64,000 bases of DNA from Mytilus trossulus. Lineage: Eukaryota. Positions 13,760-26,810 of the stretch are shown here, piece by piece; the first letter of the stretch is position 1, and each line of letters opens with the position of its first letter. Under the pieces are notes generated by a model. The model did not search any database and had not been told where the DNA came from. It saw only the letters and a list, made by a program, of their open reading frames with translations. The stretch spans positions 16,244,001 through 16,308,000 of the forward strand of contig NC_086378.1 in the NCBI RefSeq assembly GCF_036588685.1, given 5' to 3'. The position numbers and the translations under genes are program-made.

Positions 13760-14743
13760 CTGCAATAACAACAGTACATTGATATAGAACTTTCATTATT
13801 TAGTCACCATGCTTTTTCAAATTTTGTGATGTTCTATTTTATTGTGTGGGTAATGTTAAGCTTTGTTTGATCTTAATTCACTACATTGTAGTACCCATGT
13901 CTACTGTCACTGTGTTAGTTGCTTAACTGTATAACGATGTAGTTTTGAAGCAGCTGATATTACAACATAAACTATTATTTATTTTATCGGTTTAAAACAG
14001 ACTACAAAATTCCATACCATCGTATAATAATGTGATCAAAGATGACCAAAGTCTTTATACAACTTACATGTGTACATGTCAAAAGAACACAGAAAACAAT
14101 ATTAAAAAGATGTTTATGATAATCTCAATAAACTAACGTCAGTATATTAGTGGGGTGGCCAGAGGTTACCATCTTCAAAAGGTGACAACGTTTTTGGTAG
14201 GGAACCAGATGTAATCAATATCAAAATATGATTTACTTACAAATGTTGTGATACATGTATGCAGTACGTTTAAATAAATAACACGTTCAATTGGTATGAC
14301 CTACCTATATGTTAATTACTAGTATGCCTATATATTTCCCACTATTCTGTTGTACTAGACGGAATATTACTGTTATCAAAATTAACGTCTGTTTAACATA
14401 TCTGATAATTGTGTAATTGCAAATAATATACGTGGTCAATAATATTACGTATTGTTACTTAATAATATATGTTTTCTCATTATGAATCACTATGTCAATT
14501 TCCCACAAATCCGCGTTAGCGTGCTTTGTCAGTTTAAAAAAAATCGTATCATATGTGTACTTTTCCTTTCATACAAAAATGTTCATGTCATACAAAACAA
14601 GAATGCATGGTAATACATAGAGACCAGCTGACATATTAATCTGTAAAAATAAATTCAACAACAATGTTTATAAAAACAGGATATTAATCACGATCATGTT
14701 GTGCTTTGACATGTATTATGGCATGTATTAATATTAAACTTAC

Positions 14744-15007
14744 ACATAACCTTTATTTTCACTATAAAAGACATCTCACTGCCAATAACATTTGTAGCCG
14801 TACACCGGTAGTCTCCAGCTTGGTTTCTATCGATGTTCTGTAAATTTAATACAGATGTGGTACCATCAGGAATATTAGGTCCATTCCATGTCATTGTACA
14901 TTCAGGTGTACAATCGGCTGTACAACTAATTGGTCCAACGCTGTCTGTGGTCTCTTGAACAGTGTAAACCTGACTTGATGGGGTTATGGTGACCTTGGTT
15001 GGACGAT
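14744..15007 (-). CDS. Ig gene exon 5 (Ig domain 4)
   Basis: gcttatag|AT...ATG T|gtaagt, 264 nt, phase 1-1. YRPTKVTI...CTADCTPECTMTW...DRNQAGDYRCTA. Confidence 0.92.
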
Positions 15008-15640
15008 CTATAAGCACGAAAGACAGTATTTATACTTTTTCATTATTTATGTGCTATTTCGTAACTTTGTTGTCCATTCATTCTAGCCTTGCTTTTTTGT
15101 GTATTCATTTCCCAAATTCCCCCTTCTATCCCACCATTAGTTTAAAATGAAAGGCGAAAGATAATAAAGGGATATTCATTCTCATTCATGGAAAACAAAC
15201 GAACACAAACATTCTAATAAACGGAAAAGACCGAAAGACACGCAACAATTTACAAAACACAAAAAAGATAGAAAAAACTGAGCAACACAAACCCCATTAA
15301 ACTACGGTGGTGATTTTATACACCGCAGGAGGTTTATTTACAATTACGTAACTAATATTTAAACACGAATATTTTAAACAGTACTAAGGGAATTTCCCAT
15401 GTTGACGCTTAGTTGTCTTGTGCATTTTGGTACTAGTTCCCCTTCATATTAGATGATTATATGTATCAGATGCTAAATAATACGTTATTTTTCTTCTAAT
15501 GTTTATATGTTTGGCCGTTTATAACAAATTCCTGCATAAATATAACATGTTTACACTATATGTCAAGTTATTTAAAGTCTGTATGTACTCAGCTTAATAG
15601 AAAAAAATACACAGAAATCGTATGGGGATAATGTGCTTAC

Positions 15641-15916
15641 AATTGACAATAACACTAATGTAAATAGATGTCTTATTCCAGGCCTGATTTGATGCACTGC
15701 AAAAAAAGTTTCCTGTCTGGTTCCTGAACAAATTTCGTAGGTATAATACAGATGAGGTCATGGAGGTATCACCAGTGTATTTTGGTCCAATCCATCTGAC
15801 TTCACATTCAGGTTTGCAGTCATGGGCTTTACAAGTAACTGGTCCAACACTACCTGTTGACTCATTAACTGTGTATTTCAGTGTTTGTGAGGATATGGTA
15901 ACATTGCTAGGCCCAT
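15641..15916 (-). CDS. Ig gene exon 4 (Ig domain 3), absent from the supplied ORF track
   Basis: ttattatttcag|AT...AAT T|gtaagc, 276 nt, open, phase 1-1. YGPSNVTISSQTLKYTVNESTGSVGPVTCKAHDCKPECEVRWIGPKYTGDTSMTSSVLYLRNLFRNQTGNFFCSASNQAWNKTSIYISVIVN. Confidence 0.9.
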
Positions 15917-16651
15917 CTGAAATAATAAAGTAATATCGTATCGTGTTTATTATGTTTTCATTTCATTGGATGGCAATCATGAAAACTTAAGTGTCACTTG
16001 AACCTCATGAAGCCTGTATATTTTGAAATGTTGTTTGATACATATTTGTCATATTATATCTGGAAGTGTGCAAAACATGTTTAGAAAATGTTGAAGAGAA
16101 AATTCATTTAAATGATGTTAGTCGGAAAATGTTGTGTATCTAAACTTAAACATGTATAAACTGGCCAGTATAGCTAAGTTAGAACAAAATAACACCCAAA
16201 AAATCAATGAACTGATTATATGTATTACATATCTCAAATACTATAACGTTAGCTTGACCCGGTTCAAACAATATCATATCAATAGTCAATGTACACGAAC
16301 TTCCAAAACTCATCTGGAGTAATGATCAATCTTATGTTAAGTTACATTATAAAGTTTTACATAAACCAATTTCATTTGAGGGAACCGTCACCAAGTTTAA
16401 TTTGAATAATTTCCTCTTTTAACTTCAATTTGGAAATTAAGAAATTAAATTGTATCTCAATCCACTGAAGATAAATATGTTTAAACTTAATACATGATAT
16501 AAATTCCCCCGCTATAATTTGAATTATATTCAAGTTAATGAGGTTCCATAAGGACAATCCTCAAATATTTAATATTGATAGGTGCGCCATATACATCCTC
16601 AATGCTCTTCAACTTTGTACTTGTTTAGGTTTATAAATATTTTTGATTTGA

Positions 16652-16695
16652 GCGTCACTGATGAGTGTTATGTAGAAGAAACGCGCGTCTAGCGT
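16652..16695 (+). ncRNA. Minimal type-I hammerhead ribozyme motif (degenerate) in a Penelope-associated repeat
   Basis: GCGTCA-CTGATGA-GTGTTATGTAGAA-GAAA-CGCGCG-TC-TAGCGT. The CUGAUGA, GAAA and GUC cores are present and helix III is the palindrome ACGCGCGT. The helix II closing pair is broken. Confidence 0.8.
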
Positions 16696-18189
16696 ACTTA
16701 ATTATAATCCTGGTACCTATGGTAACTATATTTAGCACATTTTGTTACTTGAACAATTAAATTCAAAATCATGTCTCAGATTTTCAAAACATCAATAGAA
16801 AACAAACTATATCTAAACAGAATTAGAGATTTCTTATGAATAATCTTGAAAAAATATCTTGGAGGTTTACCAGTCAGGGGCGTTACTTATATATTAAGTA
16901 GTTTTTGTTTTTAAGAATAATGAAATCACTTAATAGAGTTATTTTAAATTTCAATAGAAGCTTAGACTAAATGTAGTTTTCATGAATTTTTATATCATTT
17001 TATATCTTAAATTAAGGAATTAATTAGATTTGAGAGGACTATATAGATAAAGGTATATTAAAAAAAAATGACATCAATATTACTTAATAAGTTATTTTAT
17101 ACATTTCAACAAAAATAGTAATAACACTTATTGAAGGAACATATGTTATTGATCATGTTGATGTTGGTTACAAGTTATAAATAACTTCAAGTCTTAATTA
17201 ATTCACAAGTATTTATCTATTTATATCAGTCTACCTTCAAGATTTTGGAGGAAAATGATAATTTAATATATATAGTCCCATGAGATCATAAGCGTCAGTA
17301 TGAAGGATAAGTGCGTCAGAAAGATAATCAGTGTTTCAGAAAGATTATATTTTATATTTTATGGGGAAAATAACCAAATGACTGTGAAAATTTGTTAAAG
17401 CTAGTAAAATCTGTATAATTGGACACCTATAAATAAAAATAATATTCAGAAAAGCTACTTAGATAAATAATATTTAAAATAGCCTCGTTTTTAACATAAC
17501 TTATATAGGTAATATTAATTGTTACTTATTTAAGTAATACCTCTGTCTGTTTTCGAGAGACTGGAATATAACAGAAAAATCTCAGACATAGGTTTGGAGG
17601 TCGAACTGAATGTTGATAACAAAAATTCATCAGAAATTTTGTAATGATATGAATCACAGGGTAGCAAATTTCAATCAATTGTAAAATAACATTATAAATT
17701 AGTAGATAGTTATTGTGTACTTCTAACTTCTCACTAAATCTGTAAAAATTCTGTCAGGAGAACTGTTCTAGATAAGTACGTATAACTCTGAGCCAAACAT
17801 CTTTTAGTCAGTTCTAGATAGAACAGTTGTAACCTAGAACTGATTTAGTTAGTTCTTCCTAGAACTGATTTGGACAGTTCTAACTAGAACTGATCGTGAC
17901 AGGTCTACCCTAAAACAGTTTTAGACATTTCTAGCTAGAACTGTCCAAATATTTGGTCCGTTCTACTTCTAGAACAGTTCTACGGTTATAATGAATTTCA
18001 AATTATACAGCTAGAATTGATTTATAAAATCTACGACTAAATTTGATTTATAAATTCTACGGCTAGAATTCATTTTTAATTTGTAAGAACTCTTTGTCAA
18101 AATATAAAGGCTTCGGCAAAATAGCAATTAATATTATATAGAGTTTTGCTATTTTTGCCGGTTTTATTTCAGATTAATAATCGGCAAGA

Positions 18190-18260
18190 GAACATGTTTA
18201 ACCCCGCCATATTCTGCATGTTTGTGCCTGTTCCAAGTCGACAAGAGCCTGTAATTCAGA
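18190..18260 (+). ncRNA. Partial twister-like ribozyme core in a dispersed repeat
   Basis: AACATGTTTAACCCCGCC...TGCCTGTTCCAAGTC resembles the twister UAA-P2-T2 and P4/L4 (UCCCAAG) segments. The 5' GAGGG half is missing. Confidence 0.5.
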
Positions 18261-18479
18261 CATTTTCTCTTGTTGGTGTTTACATAAGTTATTTGTTATT
18301 TTTCATTTATAGGTCGTTGGTATTAGGGGGAGGGGTATTATTGTTTGAATTGCTTTACACTTGTCATTCCGGGAGTCAGGATTGCTCGTTATCAAATGAC
18401 AAACTATCTTATCTCATTAACCAAATGTTAATTTGTTTCCCAATTCACAAATGAGATATCTGTTTACGAGTTGTTTATA

Positions 18480-20010
18480 TACCTCGGACGAAACTGTTAC
18501 ACAAAAATCTTTTGACCGCATCAATCTAAACTGACAGTACTTGCTCTTTCTTTCTGTAAATCAATATAGCAGCACAGTACTTCGAATCAGTTATAATTTT
18601 AGATCATGAGGGACGGTAATATACAAGTTACAGCAAAATTGGAAATTGTGTCCGCATTAATATATACTGGACGGACCCAGCCATTTTAAAAGGGGGGAGT
18701 TCCAACTTTACGCTCCCATTCAAATGCAATGATATTTTAAAAAGGGGGGTTCTAACCCCTGGAACTCCCCTCCCCCTGGATCTGTCAATGAGCAAGTCCT
18801 CTTTTCATTCAAAATATTGAATCATAAACAATTTACAAATTTCAGTTCTTTTCATATTTCAGACTGAGTCGTGTAATAAAATCTTTTAAACGCATTAACC
18901 AAAACTTACCATATTTGCTTTTTTTTTATGTAAATCTTTATAGCTGCATAGTAATTCAGTTATAATTTTAGGTCAAGAGTGACTGTAATATATAAAAACT
19001 GCAATATTGTAAATTTCGCATCACTTGAGAGTGCCAGCATTTCCTATTTCTATTTAAAATATTATATTGCATTATCAAAACATATCAGTAGTTTTCATAC
19101 CTCAGACGTACTCATGTAACAAAAATATCATCAATCAAAACTGACCATATTTGACAGCATCAACCAAAACTTACCATATTTGATGAATCAAACAAAAAAG
19201 ACCATATTTGCGCTTTTTTTGTAACTCTTAAACATTGTAGGCGCATAGTAAATCTGGAATAATTTTATGTAAGGATGAATTGTATAATCAGGATAATTAT
19301 ACAAATGATAGAAATATTGGAACACAATGCTACCTAATTTCGTGTGCATCAACTTAGAGTGCCAGGATATCCTCTTTGTATCCCAAATAATGCTTTTTAA
19401 ACAAAAATCAGTAGTTTTCATACCTCAGACTGACTGGTATAACAAAATTACTTGTCCGCATCAACCAAAACTGACCATATTTGCACTTTACTATATTCAT
19501 GATGTAAATCTTAATAATTGCCAAGTAAATTACTTATATTTTCATATCAGGATGAATTGTTTAATATAAATGAAAGCAATATTGGAAAACACAATTATAC
19601 TCGCATCAGTTTATAGTGCCAACTGTCCTCTTTTTAATAAAAATTTTGAATCGTAAACTACTTTCAGTAGTTTTGATATCTCAGACGGACTCATATAACA
19701 AAATTATTTGTCCGCATCAACCCAAACTGACTATATTTACACTTTATTATGTAAATCTTAATATATATATAGCTCACAGTAAATCACTTATAGTTACATA
19801 TCACGAGGGGTTGTATAATTCAAATGACAGCAATATTGGAACACATTGTCTACAAAAATATTTCCACATCAATTTCGAGTACCAGCAAGTCTTCTTTTTA
19901 TTCAAAATATTGAATTGTAAACAAATTTCATAAGTTTCGATATATCAGACTGAGTCGTTTTTACAAAATTATTTGACCGCATCAACCAAAACTAAACATA
20001 TTTACACTGT
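18480..20010. repeat. ~245-260 bp tandem array (about 6 diverged units)
   Basis: A (T)CAGAC...ACAAAA...CCGCATCAACCAAAACTGACCATATTTG-like motif recurs at about 18481, 18858, 19099, 19421, 19677 and 19941. Confidence 0.8.
18664..18790. mobile_element. Small GC-rich MITE inserted in the first array unit
   Basis: Degenerate inverted ends GGACGGACCCAG / CTGGATCTGTC and G/C-run interior. It accounts for the extra ~125 bp in unit 1. Confidence 0.5.
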
Positions 20011-22777
20011 ATACCTTTTTGTATGGCCTATTTGTAAACCAATAATATTTCTATGTCACGATAGATCCTATGATAAAAAAAACTCTCAGCTATCATTTAT
20101 AATCGTTCTGGATAAATCAGTCTGGCTAAATTGACGAGATGGTGCAAATGTACAAATATTTTTACGTTATACAACACTTTTTTCATTAATATCCTATAAT
20201 TCATCCATTGTACAATTTTCGTTGGAATATTTGTCAAAACAGAATCTTCAATCATGATATTGTAAATCCAAGGCAAAAAATGTAATTACGATTAAAATTC
20301 CATGAAATAAATGCAGAGTCATATTTTGGAAGAGACTGTTAAAAAGGGGAACGAAGAAACGTACACAATGATGTTTCATAATAAATTATTATGCAATCTT
20401 ATAAAAAAAAAATTTCCGGTGAGTTGGATAACCTCTCTATCCGCTGCGATATTAGTACATGTAACGTTTGATCAGTAAAAAATGTAATCAAATCTGCTAT
20501 TATATAGATCATATAGCAAAGTAATTGAAGAGATTTTTATCATAATTATAAAGCGCCATTACTGCAGAGGCGTCATTTAGAACTGTTATACAGTCTTGAT
20601 TGCTTTAGTCAGTTCTGCTGACAGTTATACTGTTAGAACTCATGTGGACAGTTCTGCCTAGAACAGTTTTAGACAGTTCTACCCTAGAACTGATCCTGAC
20701 AGTTCTATCTAGAACTGATCCTGACAGTTCTATCTAGAACTGATTTAGTCAGTTCTTCCTAGAATTGATTTTGACAGTTCTACTTAGAACAGTTCTAGGG
20801 TAGAACTGTAGAATAGTTCTAAGTTAGAACTGTAGAACAGTTCTAAGGTAGAACTTTTCAAGGTAGAACTGTTCTAGGTAGAACAGTTCTAGGACAGGTT
20901 AGAACAGTTATATGACAGATTATTCTGACAGTTCTAATGAGAGGTTAGAAGTGATCTTCACTGTATACATGAAATCATCATCAAATGAAAGATTACCCGG
21001 CCACGTACGCTTGTATATTTGTTCATTTGATGAGTTAATGTAGATGGAGGTGTTATTTTTTATCCATAAATTTTTTTATATTTATGAAGGAAAACTTATT
21101 GGTAATACATTCTTTGAAATTATCAAATAAAACAGTCTGGTCGGGTCACAAGAGTCAAAATTTTTATTTGAAATTTAAGGCAAAATGGACATTTTGACGC
21201 AAATTTCTCGTATGAAGGACAAAACGTTATTTGATACATTATTTGAATCAAACGTTGCATTTCTAATCCATATAATTTTCTTATTTTGTGTTTTTGAATT
21301 CTCCAAACAATAATTTAAAAGTGTACATACAAAACATGGTAGGTCACCGTCCATAAAAAAAGATAAAAGTTAATGTTGACAAGAAAATACTATGAAAAAA
21401 GGAAGTTAACTTTAAATTCACGAATTGAATAAATTTGAAATTTTTATTTTTTCTTGTTCAGAATTTAATTGGTTTCTTTAGTTACATCAATGGTATTTGG
21501 TATTTGAGTGTTTAATATTAAGAGGATGAGTTGTGTACAACCAAGCACGCATTTTTCACATGACCTTCGAACTGAATGATAAATTATTGAAACCTATCTA
21601 GGTGTTATATTATTAGCTTGTAATTTTTTGTCCGAGTCGTAATATTTTGGTCTTTTGAGATGAATCGATGATGTATTGTATATTTTTGAAAAAATTGGGA
21701 CAGACCTTTCGCTGCAAGGTTAAATAATTTACATTTCATGTATGCATGATTGATTGGATGTCCCAAATTTTGTTTTCATTGTTATACAGATAAATGTGAA
21801 GTTTTTTAAGTGCGTGTAAAATCAAAGTAGTGTAGGTCATGTGTTATAAAGTCTGCAATGTGACTTGACCTCTGTACCCAAGGTCAATAATTGATCTTTT
21901 TTACATGTGAAGCTAGAACTTGTATTTTATTTTTACGGGGAAAAGTGGACGCCTTGTCAAAACCGAAGACAACTTTCTTACTCCAGATTTTGTAATGACA
22001 TTTACATGTGCAATTTGTGGGTAATTCTAAATTTTACACCTATTGAAACCCCTTTAAGCAATAACCCTTAAACGCATTCACATCCTTCGTTTTGTAGTAT
22101 GGAACCATGTAATACAATAACAGAGAGATCCATACACTTAAACCCAAGTTATTGTGTTGGAAACTAGAAACATGCTTCTATTTGGTCCTTTTTTGGCCCC
22201 TAATTCCTACATATTTTGGGCAATTAATCCAAAGCTTAATCCAGCCTCTCTTTTGTGATGGAACATTGTTGTCAAATTTAGAGATTTTTTTGTTTATCAA
22301 TGATGTTCTTTGCAAAATATAACAAGATAATGTAATATTTAAGAGATTTATCAATTATTCGGACCTTTAAAACGTACTCAAATATGGTGATGTATTTGCA
22401 TTACTGTTTTAATAATTTACAAATATGCAAATAAGGCTGTTAAATGGATAATAGTGTGAATTGACAAAAGAACATTTTCTTTATCTTAACTCCTAAATAC
22501 CTAAAGATTTTGGAAATATATATAATGTTGCCAAGTTGTGACTACCAATTTGGACGAAATATGAGATTTTGCATGGTTTTATGGCAGATTGCCTCTTTAG
22601 TTGTTTCAAACAACTGTTTTCGTAACAGTATCATTTAATAAGCATTTGCGTGAATAACTCTCTGGATTAATTAATCATGATTTACTGAAGGTACAATATA
22701 CATGTAGTCTGTAAACCAAAGTGATACGATGTACAAGGCGTACATGTAATGTATAGAATACTAGTAGTAGTACTTAC

Positions 22778-23098
22778 ACCAGATGACAATGGATTTATTC
22801 TGAGATCTGACAGTTTGTCCTTTACCATTTACAGCTGTACAGTATATTACTTTCCCGTCGTCTGATTTGAATCCAGTGTATGTCAGTTCACTTGAGGATC
22901 TACATTTACCATTATTACAACTAGTATCGGGTTGAAGAATAGCTAAACCAGTTATGTTGTCTGTAGATTTATACCATTGTATCATTGATGATGGTCTACC
23001 TGCATTTGTTGTACAAGTGAAGGTTTTACTCCTGTTCACTACAATGCCTAGATTATCATTCGTTGGCTTGGTTGCAATGTATACTTGTGTAATTGGCA
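22778..23098 (-). CDS. Ig gene exon 3 (Ig domain 2, C2-set, CD80/nephrin-like)
   Basis: tttatgttccag|TG...TGG T|gtaagt, 321 nt, phase 1-1. VPITQV...FTCTTNAGRPSSMIQWY...DDGKVIYCTAVN. Confidence 0.92.
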
Positions 23099-23689
23099 CT
23101 GGAACATAAAGTATTCAAACATTTATATTCAAATGCATAACAGGCATCAATGACAAACTGTACTGCAATATATTTTATAACCTTTAACGTTGTTGGATAA
23201 CTTTACGAATTTTCATGGCGGTAATTTTCTTTATATAATTGATGCTTAAAAACGTACCCGGACAGCAATGTACGTGTCGCCAGTATGCTCAGTGTGCGAA
23301 CGTCAAATCACCAATTAAATATAATCAAAGCAGGCATATAACAGTGATTACACATTGAATCAATACTTATGTTTAATGTTGAATTATTATTATATTTTGA
23401 AATTTGCATCAACGCTGAGAATCCTATGTTAAATCAGCGTTGGTGTTTAACTTTGAATCGATATCGGATTATAATTCACTTTAACATTGTTTCAACCAAT
23501 AGCTTAATTTGAATACAGATTGAGAAGCTGAAATAATCTCGTTTGTCGTAAGGATTTGTTTTCAACCAACCCTCAATATCAGGATATGAGACAGACTTAA
23601 AAAAAATGTCAGTATTCACATTAAAAGCTTACAAAACCTTTCAACAGATTTATCAAGAAGGGATACAATCACGATACTGTTATCAGGTC

Positions 23690-24395
23690 ATTAAAGATTG
23701 CATATTTTGGCTTTAATATTGATTCACTTATAGGGTCTTTGCATCGGAACTAAACACATTTTATTCAAAAAAACTGTTATTTGCATGACACGGGTTATGT
23801 TCTTCTCATATATTTTATGATAGTACGATACTAAACCCATAACGGCAGGGATTGTGCCTGATATTCATATGATGCATACATAATCTTTCAATCAGTTTAA
23901 TTTAGGTATAGAGCTGGCATGTCAGTTAACTGCTAGATGTCTGTTGTTATTTTTGTATAATTGTCATTTTATTTCTTTTCTTTTGTTACATCTTCTGACA
24001 GCGAACTCGAACTTCTATTGAACTGATTTTAATGTGCGTAGAGAGTTATGCGTTTAATTTTCTACATTGGCTAGATGTATAGGGAGAGGGTTGAGACCTC
24101 AAAAACATGTTTAACCCCGATGCAATTTTGATCCTGACTTAAGTCAGGAGCATCTGGCCTTTGTTACTCTTGTATGATTTTTATTTTTAGTTTCTTGTGT
24201 ATAATTTTGAGTTATGACGACCAATATCACTGTACAAGTATACCTATTTTTAAAGAGATCAACCGAAGGACGCCTACAGGTGCGTGAGTTTCTTGCTGCA
24301 TAGAAGTCACATTGGTTGCCTTCGGCTGTTGTCTGCTCTTTGGTCGGGTTGTTGTCGCTTTTACACATTCCTCATTTCCTTTCTCAATTTTATAA
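23690..24395 (+). repeat. Dispersed repeat carrying a twister-like motif and a second structured motif
   Basis: GC-richer block with the twister-like core at 24069-24159 and a CAACCGAAGG/CCTTCGGCTG-closed structure at about 24260-24328. Boundaries approximate. Confidence 0.55.
24069..24159 (+). ncRNA. Twister-like ribozyme motif, P5-type permutation, L4 mutated
   Basis: A 9-bp closing stem GGCTAGATG/CATCTGGCC encloses GGGAGAGGG ... TTTAACCCCG ... CCTG-ACTTAAGT-CAGG. Confidence 0.6.
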
Positions 24396-24507
24396 ACTGT
24401 AAATGTTGTATCATTTATCTCTAGTTCGATGGGATAAATGCGTTCATTATAGTCACCAACTGTTAGTGCCTTTGTACTTGTTAGGCTTTATAAATATTTT
24501 GATACGA

Positions 24508-24533
24508 GCGTCACTGATGAGTCTAATGTAGAC
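24508..24533 (+). ncRNA. Truncated minimal hammerhead motif
   Basis: GCGTCA-CTGATGA-GTCTA-ATG-TAGAC with intact helix II. It stops before GAAA and is joined directly to an inverted Penelope RT fragment. Confidence 0.7.
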
Positions 24534-25100
24534 TTGTATCTTTGTTGGTCTTTCTTTTTTATGAAACAAAGCAATACCAACTTTTTGAATATGTCTTTTA
24601 GTTTGGAACAGGGAATACTTGTGTAAAGTGTAAAAAAGTCCCGTTTTGTAATACTATTGCAAGATTTGAAGAGTCTTAGATTATATGTACTCTAAAAGAT
24701 CTTTTAAACACGTTAGTATTCACATCTGATTCACGCCACTTTCAATAGGCAATTTCACAATAACGCTGAAGCCATGCTTAGATTGCTGATAAAATAGATG
24801 TTATTGATTTAAAAAGAGGTTTTTTGGAGCACTTCTAAGAACCAGTAATATACAGTTGTGTGAGGACACTTGTGCAGTTAAGGTATCCAATACAGTGATG
24901 GAAAATCCAGTTCATCATCTTTGGTTGAAATTCCGACGGAACATAGAACAGAACTATGATTATCCAGAATTTCCTCTTTGGTAAGTGTTGTGAGGGTATA
25001 CGTTTTGTGTTTAAGTGAATAGAAAGAGGTTTCGTGGAGCACATGGAAGAACCACCAATATACTGTTGTTTGTAAGGACAAATTCTTAGGTATCAAACTT
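24534..25100 (-). pseudogene. Penelope-like RT fragment with internal duplication
   Basis: EEILDNHSSVLCS..DELDFPSLYWIP*LHKCP and CSTKPLS. The YWIP-LHK segment is duplicated at about 24835-24895 and 25030-25095. Confidence 0.8.
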
Positions 25101-25699
25101 TTTAAATTGAAACTAGTTACATGCTAAACATCCTCCTTTTCAATGAAACATGATGTGCTCACATTACAAAAATACTATACTGTATTAAGTGTAATCACAA
25201 CGGAAATTATATATACTTTCGATACAAATGAAAAAAAGGTGTATAGGAAAGATATTGATATTAATAAAGAAAAAAATTCATCACATAAAATGATCAGTAA
25301 GACAAATTTTACAAAAAGCAACAGAAAAATAATTCATGTACTAACTTTTTTTATAGAAAAAAGGCTAACGTTATAGGCATACAGATATTGACATATATAA
25401 TACCGACTCTTGTTTAAATGAACACAGAACTCGAGCATAACATACAATAATTATTTCCTTAATTTTATACCTTTAACAGTATGTTAATTATTGTAGACTC
25501 AGTAAGTTAACTTTTGTAGACCAATCAATTGAAAGTTAAACTAAACTTTGCTTTTCATATTTTGACAATTTACCAACAATATCAGACGTGATTGTTTACA
25601 TCTTAAAACGAGTTACCAGCACGCCATGTTTTTTTTCTCTTCTAAAAATCAACTATTTTCCAAATGATAGCTTACCGTTTGAGCCGATAATTTCGCAGA

Positions 25700-26200
25700 A
25701 GCAGATCGGTATCATATGATGTAGACATTAATCATTCAAATCATTATAATGTTCATTGACCATATAATGATGATTCGGCATCATATCATGACGTTAACTG
25801 CACCAAATCATACAAGATTTAACGCACATAATATAATGCCACAACTACATCATATAAAGATGTGTGCACCTGATATAAGGGAAAATGGACATCATATCAG
25901 AACATTTGCACATCATATAAGTATGATTTCACATCATATAAGTATATTTGCAAATCACACAAGTATATTTGAAAATCATATACCTTAAATGATCTTTGCA
26001 CATCATTTAAGTACATTTTGCACATCATATGAGTTATTTGGACATCAAATAAGGATGTTTGAACAATATATAAGGGTTCTTGTACATAATATAAAGGATA
26101 TTTGCACATCATATATAGAAAAGTGCACATCAGATAATGACAAGTGCACAATATATAAAGGTAAATGCACATTATATAATGACAATGGTCATAACAAGAC
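25700..26200. repeat. Degenerate ~21-bp minisatellite (TGCACATCATATAAG-n6)
   Basis: About 20 imperfect units at ~21-bp period, for example GCACATCATATAAGTATGATT-TCACATCATATAAGTATATT. Confidence 0.8.
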
Positions 26201-26489
26201 AGAGTTGTCGTTCCATATGATTGGTGATGTCCCACTGCAACCTCATAAGTATGTGTTATGGTATACTTACGTGTTATTGTTTTTTCCGACATTACTTAAA
26301 TTTCTTTGATAACCATTTTGAGGCTCGGTTTATATAAAAGACTGATTGATATCATATACTATGTATACAGCCTTTAGCTTCGCATTAGTTTCATTTTATC
26401 ATATGCTATTTTTATGTTTATGTGTTGTTTATTTCAATTTTGTCTCATTGTAAATAAATATTTTTTACAAGAAGATACTTGTGACTTAC

Positions 26490-26810
26490 CGTAAACATAT
26501 AGTTCAACAACTGGTGAGTTTGTGGGTATTGATGGTACGCTACACCGCCAGTTACTTCCATGTAAAGTGTCAATGTCATATGAACTAGGTATTGTCAGGT
26601 TGTACACACCCACCTTATCATTACAGCGATATTGATAATTCTCGTTGCTACTGCCAAAAAATCGACAAGTGCCATCAGAATTGTCACCTGTTATTGTACA
26701 TACTACATTACCATCTCTAATGAAAACAATACTGAGTACATTCGATATACAGGATAATGTGAAGTCAACACCAACAGAAGCAATACTAGATGATGAGGTC
26801 AGATTTATTG
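26490..26810 (-). CDS. Ig gene exon 2 (N-terminal V-like Ig domain)
   Basis: tttctttgctttcag|CA...TAC G|gtaagt, 321 nt, phase 1-1. AINLTS...FTLSC...YNLTIP...HGSNWRC, with three additional cysteines. Confidence 0.88.

Larger units (their letters stand above)
17718..20953. mobile_element. CACTA-like non-autonomous TIR element with 25-bp palindromic subterminal repeats and internal cargo
   Basis: Left TACTTCTAACTTCTCACTA versus right reverse complement CACTTCTAACCTCTCATTA. Arrays of TAGAACTG-n-CAGTTCTA at 17760-18070 and 20578-20910. No TSD recognised. Confidence 0.7.

Noticed and set aside
20578-20910. 25-bp palindromic repeats as a CRISPR array
   Set aside because: There are no spacers, and the array is mirrored at 17760-18070, so these are transposon subterminal repeats.
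23325-23600. Second copy of the 1783-4834 transposon end (CAAAGCAGGCA plus TCAACG-like repeats)
   Set aside because: Too degenerate and no matching opposite end was found.
25749-26309. His- or Tyr-rich ORFs on both strands
   Set aside because: They are by-products of the 21-bp minisatellite and have no splice signals or domain motifs.
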